Assembly: GCA_965198225.1 (NCBI GenBank)
Contig: CBDAOY010000009.1
Coordinates: 1,088,001-1,152,000, forward strand
Direction of reading: 5' to 3'
DNA from: Terriglobia bacterium
Lineage (GTDB): Bacteria > Acidobacteriota > Terriglobia > 20CM-2-55-15
DNA: 64,000 nt
Shown in pieces: positions 20,574 through 30,614 of the stretch; position 1 is the first letter of the stretch; each line of letters opens with the position of its first letter. Below the pieces are notes generated by a model, which ran no database searches, was not told the origin of the DNA, and worked only from the letters and a program-made list of their open reading frames with translations. The position numbers were made by a program, and so were the translations under genes.

Positions 20574-22190
20574 ATGATCGGTAAGAAGGTTACCTATGGA
20601 TTGTGCGTCGCGGTAGTACTTGCCGCCGTTGGGGGGGCCTCGGTGCTGATGGCGTCCCCCGCGGACGTCCAGCTTCCGGAAGCCGCCATGCGCGGTCAAA
20701 TCGAAGTCGTGCGTTCGCTGCTGAAGCAGGACGTCGATGTGGATTCCGCCCAGGGTGACGGCATGACGGCCCTCCATTGGGCGGCGCTGAAGGACAACCT
20801 GGAGATGGCGAAGCTGCTGATGGAGTCCGGTGCGAACGTAACCGCGACGACCCGTCTGGGCGACCTGACCCCTCTGTTCCTGGCCTGCACTCACGGCAAT
20901 GCCGGGATGATCGATCTGCTGCTCGAGGCCGGTGGGGATCCGAACACCGCTAACACAGTGAACGGGCAGACAGCCCTCATGCGAGCGGCTGCTTCCGGCG
21001 ACGCGGACGGTGTCGGGCGATTGCTCGAAGCCGGCGCGGGGGTCAACGCCAGGGAGACAGCGTACGGGCAGACTGCGCTGATGTTCGCGGCCGCGGACAA
21101 CCGGGCCGAAGTGATCCGCGTGCTTGCCCGAAACGGCGCCGACATCGAAACCGCCTCGAAAGTGGAGGATCTCACGTCCCGGCCGCGGTACGACGAAACC
21201 GGGCGGGCCCTCCCGCCGCCTCCTCCGGGCGCGGAGAAAGACAATCCGCCGGTGGATTTCTCTCAGAGGCCCAAGGCGAATGTGATGGGCGGAGTGACAG
21301 CCTTGATGTTTGCGGCAAGAGACGGGCAGATGGACGCCGTACGCGCGCTGGTGGAAGCCGGAGCCGACGTCAACCGCGTCAGTCCTGGAGATTTCAGCAG
21401 CCCCATCGTGTATGCGACGGCTAACGCCAACTTCGATGTCGCGATGTACCTGCTCGAGCACGGAGCCAACCCTAACGCTGCCAACAACGACGGCCTGACA
21501 CCGCTCTTTGCGACCATCGACATCGAGTACGCGCCCCTGTCCTGGGCGCCCGTACACCTGACGACGGGTCAGAGAGTGGGCCACCTGGAACTGATGGAAG
21601 CACTACTCCAGGCGGGCGCGAACCCGAACGCTCGGCTGACACGGAAGCTGTTCTACAGGCCCTCCTCCCACGATCGTTCGTGGGTGCGGACAGAAGGCGC
21701 GACGGCATTCTGGCGAGCGGCAGCGGCAGCCGACCTGAAAGCCATGAAGCTCCTGGTGGCCGGGGGGGCGAATCCCAAAGTAGCGACCGATGAAGGCGTG
21801 ACACCGCTGGCGGCTGCCGCTGGAATCGGATGGGTTCCAGGGGAGTTTTCTCAGACCTCACGCGATCCGCGTGCCCATCTAGCGGCTGTCGAATACTGCC
21901 TCGAGCTGGGTCTCGACGTGAATGCCGGAGATGAAGAGGATCAGACGCCGTTGCACGGAGCGGCGTGGATCGGCGACCATGAGCTGATTCAGTTCCTCGT
22001 GGACAAGGGCGCCAGCTTGGACGTCCAGACTGAGAAAGGGTGGTATGTGACCGACATGCCTAACGGCGTGGACGTCGCTGGCGGCTTACCGACAGAGCGC
22101 CCTGAAACGGTTGAGTTTCTGATGAAGCTCGGGGCTCCGGCACCGGTGGCTCCCAAAGCCGGGGATGGAGTTCCCAGGAAGCGCCCCTAA
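20574..22190 (+). CDS. Exported ankyrin repeat protein (copy A)
   Basis: Repeated GxTALHWAA/GQTALMxAA units; N-terminal signal sequence. Confidence 0.9.
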   Translation: MIGKKVTYGLCVAVVLAAVGGASVLMASPADVQLPEAAMRGQIEVVRSLLKQDVDVDSAQGDGMTALHWAALKDNLEMAKLLMESGANVTATTRLGDLTPLFLACTHGNAGMIDLLLEAGGDPNTANTVNGQTALMRAAASGDADGVGRLLEAGAGVNARETAYGQTALMFAAADNRAEVIRVLARNGADIETASKVEDLTSRPRYDETGRALPPPPPGAEKDNPPVDFSQRPKANVMGGVTALMFAARDGQMDAVRALVEAGADVNRVSPGDFSSPIVYATANANFDVAMYLLEHGANPNAANNDGLTPLFATIDIEYAPLSWAPVHLTTGQRVGHLELMEALLQAGANPNARLTRKLFYRPSSHDRSWVRTEGATAFWRAAAAADLKAMKLLVAGGANPKVATDEGVTPLAAAAGIGWVPGEFSQTSRDPRAHLAAVEYCLELGLDVNAGDEEDQTPLHGAAWIGDHELIQFLVDKGASLDVQTEKGWYVTDMPNGVDVAGGLPTERPETVEFLMKLGAPAPVAPKAGDGVPRKRP

Positions 22191-22200
22191 AGAGTCCGTT

Positions 22201-22230
22201 GGGTTGAGGTCCTGGATGGCGCCTCAACCC
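22201..22230. terminator. Hairpin between convergent genes
   Basis: gggttgagg-N12-cctcaaccc; no clear U tract. Confidence 0.45.
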
Positions 22231-22270
22231 GACACCTACCTGCCCGTAGGGTCTCCCAGGCCCGCGAGAA

Positions 22271-23092
22271 TCAAGGTTCGCAACTCGACGCAACCGACGC
22301 CAGCGAGCGCGTGTTGATCGTGTCGCCCGTGTCCTGCCTGTAGACGGTGCCTTTCACCTGCACCTTGTGACCCTCGAGGGGTCCCGGTCGCACTCCCGGA
22401 ATCGCGAACTCGAGGCTGGGAAGCCTGAAGCTGAGGGCGCCCAGCGCCGCCGCCTTGGAGTCTGCGAGCTCTTCCGGTGTCGTTTCTCCGGGCCGCTGTG
22501 TCCTGAACGGCTCCGGCGCCTGCATCAACATCCATGTGCCGCCGGCCTGTCGGGTCAGGCAACCAACGGCCCGGACGGGCGTCGTGCTGGGCAGTGGTTT
22601 CGGTCCGTCCTTCCCGACGAGATGGATCCCGCCGAGAGCGTCATCATTCAGATCTTCCGTCCCGGCCGGAAAGCCATTTTCCTGGAGCACAAACGTGAAG
22701 ATGTCCATCTTGGTCGCGTCGCTGACGGACGTGATGGCCTGTCGCGGCATCGAGCTCCGGAGCACGGTAAACAGCTCTACAAGGTTGTCTTCCCGCCATC
22801 GATCCATGAAACCGTCACCGACCAGCATCGGCGCGTTGCCGCCGCCGGAGCCTCCCGCACCGGGCACCGCGCCCTTAAGGTCCACTCCATGGCATCGGCT
22901 GCAGGCTTCCTGGAAAGCCGTTGCGCCCCGTTCGGCCTGCCCGGGGGCGTAGACGCCGTCCCAGACCGTCCTGCCTTTCGGGTTTCCTCCTTTTGATGCC
23001 GCGCCTTGCGGCATCCCCGCGAATACGCTGCCGGCTGCCAGGGCGACGAAACCCACAGCCGAAACCAGACAGATCGCCAGTCCTCTACGCAT
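22271..23092 (-). CDS. Monoheme cytochrome c with C-terminal extra domain
   Basis: TVWDGVY..QAERG, CSRCH and SMP (axial Met); VGCL in the C-terminal domain; signal peptide. Confidence 0.85.
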   Translation of the reverse strand: MRRGLAICLVSAVGFVALAAGSVFAGMPQGAASKGGNPKGRTVWDGVYAPGQAERGATAFQEACSRCHGVDLKGAVPGAGGSGGGNAPMLVGDGFMDRWREDNLVELFTVLRSSMPRQAITSVSDATKMDIFTFVLQENGFPAGTEDLNDDALGGIHLVGKDGPKPLPSTTPVRAVGCLTRQAGGTWMLMQAPEPFRTQRPGETTPEELADSKAAALGALSFRLPSLEFAIPGVRPGPLEGHKVQVKGTVYRQDTGDTINTRSLASVASSCEP

Positions 23093-23262
23093 ATAGCTAC
23101 CCCCTTGCCTTTGCCCTGAGCAACAACCGTGATAGTCGTCTCGCGGCCCTACGAACGGCCTCGTCCCATCGGAAGGCGACCCTTCCGATGCGCTGTTCGC
23201 CTCTCCGACAATCCGGCACTCCGCCATGGGTTGCTGGTCCATATGAAGATCAAACTAGCGCC

Positions 23263-23291
23263 ACCGTAGCCTCCGTCACACTGAAAGTCAA
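23263..23291 (-). promoter_or_regulatory. Putative sigma70 promoter of the cytochrome c gene
   Basis: Minus strand TTGACT-17 bp-TACGGT. Confidence 0.4.
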
Positions 23292-23526
23292 GCTTTGGGA
23301 CGCGGCGGGTCAGCGCAGGTTTACGCCGGGGGACGCTGTTGCCGTCGACGCCGAAAACCAAGCTGGGCGGCGGTCCCAGCGCAACACCGGGGGCGGCTGA
23401 AACCCACCGGTGGCAAATTTCTCCGTCCTGTATCCGAGCGGCGAGCCTACGATAAGGCCGCGGTCACAGAGGTATCGCTGGAAAATCGCGCGGTGAGGGA
23501 GTCCTCGCTTTGGGCGATCTATAAAG

Positions 23527-23556
23527 AAAAAGGAGCCCGATGACGGGCTCCTTTTT
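23527..23556. terminator. Bidirectional rho-independent terminator ending operon copy B
   Basis: aaaaaggagcccg-atga-cgggctccttttt perfect palindrome. Confidence 0.9.
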
Positions 23557-23592
23557 CCGGGCTTCGCGCCCGGCTTCCCATTAAAGAACGCT

Positions 23593-25206
23593 CTACCGCT
23601 TATCGTTGCTCCCGGGTATATCCGGCCGGGTCGGGTTCACGCATGTGGATGCCCAGCAAGTATCCGAGAATTCCGAGCCGAGCTTCATCAGGAGACCAAC
23701 CGTCTCGGGATACTGGGTCTGATTCATCGACCAACCATTTGCGATGTCCGCTACCGTATCTCCAGTGCCGACATCGCTGACTTCGCCGCCGCCCCGGCTA
23801 CCGATGGTGTTGGCCCTGGCCGTCACGTCGGCGCCCTGTGCGACCAGATAGAGAATTAGGTCGTTTCGGCCAACCAGCGCCGCGCCGTGCAGCGGCGTAT
23901 ATCCTCTGTCGTCTTTGGAATTCACATCGGCGCCGAGCTGTTCCACCAAATACTTGACGGTGGCCATTCGGGCGTCCGGCACCTTGTTGGAGCCTTGATT
24001 CGAATGATGCATTCCGACGGCCACCTGCAAGGGCGTGCTTCCGTGTTGCGTTGGGATGCTTGGATTGGCGCCCGCGGCCAAGAGAATCCGCAGCGCAGCG
24101 ACATCGTGCGCCCGCGCTGCCCGCCAGAACGCCGTCGCGCCGGCCGGGTCCGGACCCCCGCTGTTGCCAAAGCCCCGGAACCACATCTTCTTCTTCAGTC
24201 TGGCATTCGGATCCGCTCCATGAGCCAGCAAGGCCTTCATCAAGTCCATATAGCCGGTCTTCTCTTGTTCCACCACGCCCAGTGGCGGTGGATACCACGT
24301 CCGTTGCGCGTAACGCGCGTCGATGGTGGCGAAGAGAGGTGTCAGTCCACCGTTTGTGGCGAGATTCGGATCGGCGCCGTGTTCGAGCAGGAACATCGCG
24401 ATATCGAAGTATCCCGTGACGATAGCCTGTGTAATCGAGCTCATGCTATCGGACGCGGTGAGCAGGTTGACGTCGGCTCCTGCCGCCACCAGTTCACGCA
24501 CGGCCTCGATCTGGCCGTCGCGCGCGGCAAAGTGCAGCGCACCGTTGCCACCCATCGCGGTGGTCCGCCTGTCACGGTTCCGGCCAGCGTCACGCCTTCT
24601 TCCTAACGGCTGAACCCGAGACACCTTCGATCGCAGGTTCACGTCGGCATCGTGGCGGGCCAACATCCTGATGGCCGGGCCCCGGTCGAGCGCGGCGGCA
24701 AACATCAACGGTGTCTGTCCGTTCGTCGTGTCCTGCGCGTTCACTTCCGCTCCATGATCGAGCAACACTTTCAACGCATTGGTCCTGCCCGCGCCCGCCG
24801 CCAGCATGAGCGGAGTCGTGCCCGTGCCCGTGTTGGTTGCGTTCGCGTCAGCCCCGGCGCCGAGCAGCAACTCGATCATCCCCGCACTTCCGTTCTTGGA
24901 AGCCATGAATAATGGAGTTATCTCGCCCAGGCGGGTCTTCGCCTCCACGTCCGCATCAGCGTCGATCAGCAGTCGGGCCATTTCTAAATCGTCGCGGTAC
25001 GCCGCCCAGTGCAGCGCCGTCATTCCATCCCCTTGCGGCGTGTTCACGTCGGCCTTTTCCTGCAGCAAAGAGCGCACAGCATCCAGATTCCCGCTCATGG
25101 CCGCGTCAGCCAGGGTAGTGTCCGCGGCGGACAACATCACCTGCCCACTCACCACCGTTACAAGCAGCGCCATGGACACGCCGGCAACTAAGCGTTTACG
25201 CAACAT
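23593..25206 (-). CDS. Exported ankyrin repeat protein (copy B)
   Basis: QGDGMTALHWAA and GATAFWRAA shared with copy A; signal peptide MLRKRLVAG. Confidence 0.9.
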   Translation of the reverse strand: MLRKRLVAGVSMALLVTVVSGQVMLSAADTTLADAAMSGNLDAVRSLLQEKADVNTPQGDGMTALHWAAYRDDLEMARLLIDADADVEAKTRLGEITPLFMASKNGSAGMIELLLGAGADANATNTGTGTTPLMLAAGAGRTNALKVLLDHGAEVNAQDTTNGQTPLMFAAALDRGPAIRMLARHDADVNLRSKVSRVQPLGRRRDAGRNRDRRTTAMGGNGALHFAARDGQIEAVRELVAAGADVNLLTASDSMSSITQAIVTGYFDIAMFLLEHGADPNLATNGGLTPLFATIDARYAQRTWYPPPLGVVEQEKTGYMDLMKALLAHGADPNARLKKKMWFRGFGNSGGPDPAGATAFWRAARAHDVAALRILLAAGANPSIPTQHGSTPLQVAVGMHHSNQGSNKVPDARMATVKYLVEQLGADVNSKDDRGYTPLHGAALVGRNDLILYLVAQGADVTARANTIGSRGGGEVSDVGTGDTVADIANGWSMNQTQYPETVGLLMKLGSEFSDTCWASTCVNPTRPDIPGSNDKR

Positions 25207-25273
25207 TCTCGTCACTTCCTTTCCCTCTCGATACAGTTCCGTGAACCGTCGGAAACACGTCATGGCTCTGTCC

Positions 25274-26644
25274 TCAGATCGCGATCTCTCCGGTGCTGTC
25301 GCCAAGCTCCTCTAGGTGCAATCCGAGCTTCTGCACGACGGCTAACAGGCCATTGGCCTGCGGTGTTTCCTCTGCGCACCTCACGTGCAGATTGCCTTTG
25401 ACCGAACCCGAAGCGTGGCCTGCCAGTAGGAATGGCACCCGCTTGTGGGCATGAACGTTGGAGTTGCCCATGCCGCATCCGTAGAGGACCAGAGAGTGGT
25501 CCAGCAGACTGCCGTCGCCATCCGGCGTGTTCTTCAGCTTGTCCAGGAAATACGAAACCAGACCTACGTGGTACGCGTTGATCGTGGCGAAATCCGTGAT
25601 TTGTGCCGGTCTATCCTGGTGGTGGGACGCCGAGTGGAACGGGTCGGTGTTCGCGCATTCCGGAAAAACCCGATTGCTGGTGTCACGCCCCAGCTTGAGC
25701 GCGGAGACACGGGTGATCTCCGCCGTCAGAGCCAACACCTGGAGGTCGAGCATCAGCCTCACGTGCTCATCCCACGAGTCCGGCACGCCCACCGGGGCTG
25801 CCGGCAACTCCCGTTCGACGCCGCTGGAATTGTATTCCTCGATCTTCTGAATCCGTCGCTCGATCTCGCGAACGTTTTCGAGGTACGTGCTGAGCCTGTT
25901 GCGGTCTCGCGGATTCAAATCGTTCCGAACCCGGGCCACGTCATGCACGATTCCGTCCAGAATGCTGCGGTTGACCTTGCGGCGGATGGCCCGGTCGGTC
26001 TGTGAGCCGCCGGTGCCGAACAGTTCCTCGAAGGCCGCACGCGGGTTCAACGTCATCGGCAGCGGCGTCGTAGGCGACGACCAGCTGATCGTATCCATGT
26101 AGACACAGCTGTAGTTGAACGCACAGGAGCCGGATGCGTCCATGTTCTCAGTGCAGAGCTGGATCGACGGCAGCGGCGTGTCCTGGCCGAACTCGTGCGC
26201 GTAGAGCTGATCGATCGACGTGCCGCAGTAGACATCGGAACCCATGGTCTGCTTCGGGTGAGCAGCGGTCAGGAACACGGCGCTCGAGCGGAAATGGTCG
26301 GCCCCCACCTCTTCCGGTGTAAACGGATCCGCCTGGTGGCAGTCCATCATGCTGATGAGGGTGACGTCCTCGCGAAACGACTCCAGCGGTTTCAAGATCG
26401 GCGTGAACTCAAAATTGGAACCCTCTTGCGCCGGCATCCAGAGGTTCTGCTCTGTGCCCCACTCGGTGCTGCCTGCTGAACCGTGCACGATTTCGATGCA
26501 TGTCAGACGAGAGCGCGGAGTTGCGGCCGTCTGGCGCAAGGGTGTCGCTGCCGGCACCATCGATTCAAGGAAAGGCAGCGCGACGACTGCTCCCATGCCC
26601 CGCAGCGCTGTGCGTCTGGACATATGCTTTTTTGTGACAAACAT
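25274..26644 (-). CDS. DUF1552 (HXXSHH) Tat-exported protein (copy B)
   Basis: SRRTALRG; FHSASHH; CAFNYSCVY; GAGGAG SD. Confidence 0.9.
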   Translation of the reverse strand: MFVTKKHMSRRTALRGMGAVVALPFLESMVPAATPLRQTAATPRSRLTCIEIVHGSAGSTEWGTEQNLWMPAQEGSNFEFTPILKPLESFREDVTLISMMDCHQADPFTPEEVGADHFRSSAVFLTAAHPKQTMGSDVYCGTSIDQLYAHEFGQDTPLPSIQLCTENMDASGSCAFNYSCVYMDTISWSSPTTPLPMTLNPRAAFEELFGTGGSQTDRAIRRKVNRSILDGIVHDVARVRNDLNPRDRNRLSTYLENVREIERRIQKIEEYNSSGVERELPAAPVGVPDSWDEHVRLMLDLQVLALTAEITRVSALKLGRDTSNRVFPECANTDPFHSASHHQDRPAQITDFATINAYHVGLVSYFLDKLKNTPDGDGSLLDHSLVLYGCGMGNSNVHAHKRVPFLLAGHASGSVKGNLHVRCAEETPQANGLLAVVQKLGLHLEELGDSTGEIAI

Positions 26645-26725
26645 ACTCTTGACTCCTCAGTAACCGGTAAGGTCAATCAGTCTGAGTTCACTCGATACCG
26701 GATAGTTCCAAATCACATCCTGTCT

Positions 26726-29095
26726 CTATTGCGAAGCCTCTTGATTCCTCGTCATCTGGAACGCGGGATTGCTCACCGTGGCCAGAATGAACGAGGAGAG
26801 ACGGTTGTCGTCGGCTGCCGCAGCCTGCTGGATCGAGCGGACCGTGGGCATATCCTTATGATCCAGGACGCGACCCAGCGCATACGCCAGCAGGTTCTCG
26901 GTGAAGCTGCCGAGGAAGGCCTCGGAACGATCCAAGACCGCCTGCCGCACGCTGACTGGCCCGTTCAGCCTGGTCCCATCGTACATCGTGCCGGACGGGT
27001 CAATGCCGGAGCCACTGTCGTTGATGCGCCATGCTCCGGTTGCATCAAAGTTCTCCAGCGCCAGCCCGATGGGGTCCATGAGCTGGTGACAGGAGGAGCA
27101 GGCGGGACTTGCGCGGTGCTGCTCCATGCGCTCGCGCACCGATAGAACCTTTTCGTTGTCGACAGCTTCGGCGAGGGGCGGCACAGATGGAAGTGGGGGC
27201 GGCGGAGGCGAGCCGATCAAGACCTCCAATACGTACTTCCCACGCGCTACTGGTGAGGTTCTATTCGCCAGCGACGTCATCGTCAGCACGCCTGCCTTTC
27301 CCAGCAAACCAAACCGGTTTGGGTCGCTCAACTCCACTCGCTGGAATCGGTTTCCCAGGACGTTCGGGATCCCGTAGTGTTTCGCCAGAACCTCATCGAC
27401 AAACGTATGGTCCGCCGTCAGCAAGTCCAGCAGGCTCCGGTCCTCGCGCATGATGCTCTCGAACAGGAGCTCGAGTTCGCGCCGCATCGATTCTGCGAGA
27501 TTCTGGGTGTAGTTGGGAAACAAGCCGGATTCGGGTAGCGCCTCGGCGATACCCCGCAAACGCAGCCACTGCCCGCCGAAGCTCGTCGCCAGCGCCTCCG
27601 AGCGAGGGTCTGCCAACATGCGCCTGGCTTGTTGTTCCAGCACCGACGGATCCCTAAGTTTTCCCTGGCTGGCCACGCTGATCAGCTCGTCGTCGGGGAT
27701 GCTGCTCCACAGGAAGTACGACAGGCGAGAAGCCAGCTCCAGGTCGCTGACGGGGAAGCTTTGACCGAGCGCAACTGGGCCCGGCACTCGCTCGAATCGG
27801 AACACGAAATCCGGCTTCGTGAGGATTGCCTGCAGGGCCGTTCGGATTCCCACCTCGAAGTCCCCATCCTCCCGGCCGACTTCGTACTGCACCATCAACC
27901 CCTCGAGATCCTCCGCGGTCACCGGTCTGCGAAAAGCCTGCCTTGCGAGCCTCGAGATGACATCCATCGCGCATGGCTCTTCCTCGGTGGCGTCCGTCGG
28001 ATAGCAGGTGAATATCCTTCGCCGGCTGGGCGTCTCCGTCACTCCCGTTGCGTCCACGGGGCCGGTAATGAAAACGCTCTGCAGGTGGGGCAGCGCCGTT
28101 ATTCCCGCGTGGTTGGCGATACTGATATCCATCAAAGTATGCTCGACGAGCCAGTACTGGTCCTCGACCACCCCGTCGAACTTCGAAACGAACGCCGCCG
28201 CAACCCTGCGTGGACCGGCTTTTATCTTGATGGGCGGTGTGAACAGGGCGCCCGAGGGTTCCTCGAGCTGTGGATCAATCTTAAATACGGCGACCCTCTC
28301 TCCGTCCACCGAAACCTCGAGTTCCTGACCCTGGAGCGAGTCGGGCAGTCTCGAGCCGATGAGCTGTCCGGTGTAGTAGAAATAGAGTTCCAGCTTGAAG
28401 GTGTAGTCGCCGTCGGCCGGGAAGTTGTGGACAACTGACATCCCGCCGCGCGTCCCGAAGGGCGTCCCCTCAACGTGACGCATCTGGTTGACGACCTTTG
28501 GCACATCGTAAGACACCATGACAGGCTGTGCCTGGGGATCGCCGACGGCGATGCGGCTGATCTTTTCGGCCGCCCGAATGTATCCCTGCATCAGCGCCGG
28601 AGTGACGGTTAGAGCGTCCGCCATATTGTCGAAACCACCGGTACTGGAGTCGCGCGGCAGAAGCGACGTCACATCCGCGTCGACACCGAGCAGATCGCGG
28701 ATCGAGTTGCGGTACTCGGTCCGGTTTATCCGATGCAGTTCCGGCGCGTTGACATGCAGCTGCAAGGCAGCGGCCTGATCGATCCGTGTTTCGAGCGCCG
28801 AGGCCAAGGCTTTCAGTGTGGCCGCATCGGGCCGGGGTTGGCCTGCCGGTGGCATCATGCCGGATCGCACTTTGCGTATCACCTTTTCGGCCTGTTCCGC
28901 GTTCTGATGAGGATCGGCGACGTCCAGAGTGGTCCACGAAAAACCGCCCGACGGTTCGAGGTCGTTGTGACAACCGACACAGTACTCTTCGACCAGCGTA
29001 CGCTGCGATTCGGCGGACGGCAAGGGGCCGCCAGTCTGTCCGAGAATGGTCACGGCCGACACTACCAGGCCACCAAGAACTAATGTGCCTTTCAT
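26726..29095 (-). CDS. DUF1592/1588/1587/1595/1585 diheme cytochrome c-like protein (copy B)
   Basis: CVGCH and CSSCH; HRINRTEYRNSIRDLL and ELASRLSYFLW. Confidence 0.9.
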   Translation of the reverse strand: MKGTLVLGGLVVSAVTILGQTGGPLPSAESQRTLVEEYCVGCHNDLEPSGGFSWTTLDVADPHQNAEQAEKVIRKVRSGMMPPAGQPRPDAATLKALASALETRIDQAAALQLHVNAPELHRINRTEYRNSIRDLLGVDADVTSLLPRDSSTGGFDNMADALTVTPALMQGYIRAAEKISRIAVGDPQAQPVMVSYDVPKVVNQMRHVEGTPFGTRGGMSVVHNFPADGDYTFKLELYFYYTGQLIGSRLPDSLQGQELEVSVDGERVAVFKIDPQLEEPSGALFTPPIKIKAGPRRVAAAFVSKFDGVVEDQYWLVEHTLMDISIANHAGITALPHLQSVFITGPVDATGVTETPSRRRIFTCYPTDATEEEPCAMDVISRLARQAFRRPVTAEDLEGLMVQYEVGREDGDFEVGIRTALQAILTKPDFVFRFERVPGPVALGQSFPVSDLELASRLSYFLWSSIPDDELISVASQGKLRDPSVLEQQARRMLADPRSEALATSFGGQWLRLRGIAEALPESGLFPNYTQNLAESMRRELELLFESIMREDRSLLDLLTADHTFVDEVLAKHYGIPNVLGNRFQRVELSDPNRFGLLGKAGVLTMTSLANRTSPVARGKYVLEVLIGSPPPPPLPSVPPLAEAVDNEKVLSVRERMEQHRASPACSSCHQLMDPIGLALENFDATGAWRINDSGSGIDPSGTMYDGTRLNGPVSVRQAVLDRSEAFLGSFTENLLAYALGRVLDHKDMPTVRSIQQAAAADDNRLSSFILATVSNPAFQMTRNQEASQ

Positions 29096-29395
29096 CAAGC
29101 CACCTCTCCCCGCTTGGCGAGTCACGGGGACACAACTCAACCTCACAAACAGGCAGCCAACTCGGTATCTTGTAGAGTTGTCTGCGCAACCGGTCCTGCA
29201 CACTCCATGCGCGCCTGACCGGGATGCCAGCGACCACAAGGTGCTTTGGTGCAACTGCTTGTTGAAATAACTACTTGTCGCAATATAGGTGGACCGGAAC
29301 CAGACGTCAACTTTTTAAAGGGTGCCCTGAGTTGACACTACCCCTGCAGTCTGCGATAAGCTGCCCATATCTTCAGCCTGAATAAGGAGGCCACA

Positions 29396-30577
29396 GTGGC
29401 TGTCACCTCCGAGACCCGCATCGGCTCGCGACCCGACGTAATCGAAACTTCCAAACCGGCCAGACACGGCGTTCAACACCACATTCCCGTGATCGGGGAT
29501 ATCCACGACAAGAGCCCCCTGGCGTATCGCACGACCCGTGGGGCCGTCCACGTGACGAATCTGGTCCAAATGGCTTTTGCGGAAGCCTACGTCCATGGAC
29601 TGGAGCTTCCCGACCCCGTGATGCGAGGAATTTTCAAGACGGTCATGCCGATCATCTTTAAACATTTCCCCGCACTCCTGACCCCCTACGAATGGGTATT
29701 AGGAGAAACGCCACACATGGCTGAAGGCTCTAGGGATTTGATGAAGACCCAGTACGACCTGCCACAGGGCATGTTGAATCGGATGCTGGGCGACTGGAAA
29801 CTGATCTACCCTAAATACAGCATGGGATTGTGGGAGCGGGGAGCTGCCGATCTCGAGCAATCCCAGATGCACATGATCGACGACATAATTGAAAAGCTCG
29901 GGATCGAGGATGGCGACAATATCCTGGATTTTGGCTGTGGCTGGGGTTGTGTGCCGAACTACATTCTGTCCAAGTTTCCCAATTGCAGGTTTACCGGACT
30001 GAACCTGAGCCATGAGCAATGCGAGTATATGCGCCGGCAGATGCAGAATCCGGAAAGCTATCTCAGCTCGGGTCGGTTTACTCTTGTGGAACAGGATCTC
30101 AACGAGGCGCAGTTCGAAAAAAAGTTCGACAAGATCCTATCGGTAGGTGTTTTTTGCCATGTGGGGAACCTCACCAGGTCTTTCGCAAAACTTGCTTCTA
30201 TCCTGAAACCAGGCGGAAAGTTTTTCCTCCACATCATCACCGTTCGCACTCCCAACAACATCTCCAGCGTTTACACCCACAAATACATTTTCCCGCACGG
30301 CCGTTTCTGGCGCTTCGATTCGATTCAGACCTACAACAAGGATCTCAGGCCAGTGGAACGATGGTACATGAACGGCATGAACTATCACAAAACGATGACA
30401 CGCTGGCTGGAAAACTTTGACGATAGCTATCCCGATGTCAAAGATCTCGATTACGGCATTGAGTTCGCCAAATTCCGCCGCATCTGGCGGTTTTACCTGA
30501 TCTGGTTGGCGACCAACTTTGCAAGCTGTGATGGAGAGATAAACGGCAACGGGCAGTGGCTGATGGTTCACTCTTGA
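29396..30577 (+). CDS. Class I SAM methyltransferase, cyclopropane fatty-acyl synthase / coclaurine N-methyltransferase-like
   Basis: AAGGAGG SD; KYSMGLW, ILDFGCGWG, KYIFPHG and RIWRFYL. Confidence 0.88.
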   Translation: MAVTSETRIGSRPDVIETSKPARHGVQHHIPVIGDIHDKSPLAYRTTRGAVHVTNLVQMAFAEAYVHGLELPDPVMRGIFKTVMPIIFKHFPALLTPYEWVLGETPHMAEGSRDLMKTQYDLPQGMLNRMLGDWKLIYPKYSMGLWERGAADLEQSQMHMIDDIIEKLGIEDGDNILDFGCGWGCVPNYILSKFPNCRFTGLNLSHEQCEYMRRQMQNPESYLSSGRFTLVEQDLNEAQFEKKFDKILSVGVFCHVGNLTRSFAKLASILKPGGKFFLHIITVRTPNNISSVYTHKYIFPHGRFWRFDSIQTYNKDLRPVERWYMNGMNYHKTMTRWLENFDDSYPDVKDLDYGIEFAKFRRIWRFYLIWLATNFASCDGEINGNGQWLMVHS

Positions 30578-30614
30578 TCGCGCGCGGCTAAGCCGTTTCC
30601 AGTCGGGCCTTTGT

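Noticed and set aside
20529-20574. DUF1552 TGA is in frame with the ankyrin gene (possible read-through)
   Set aside because: Not in frame in operon copy B, and the ankyrin gene has its own SD, start and signal peptide
16679-29095. Invertible segment or recent inverted duplication
   Set aside because: The copies are diverged throughout; no recombinase or identical flanking repeats were seen
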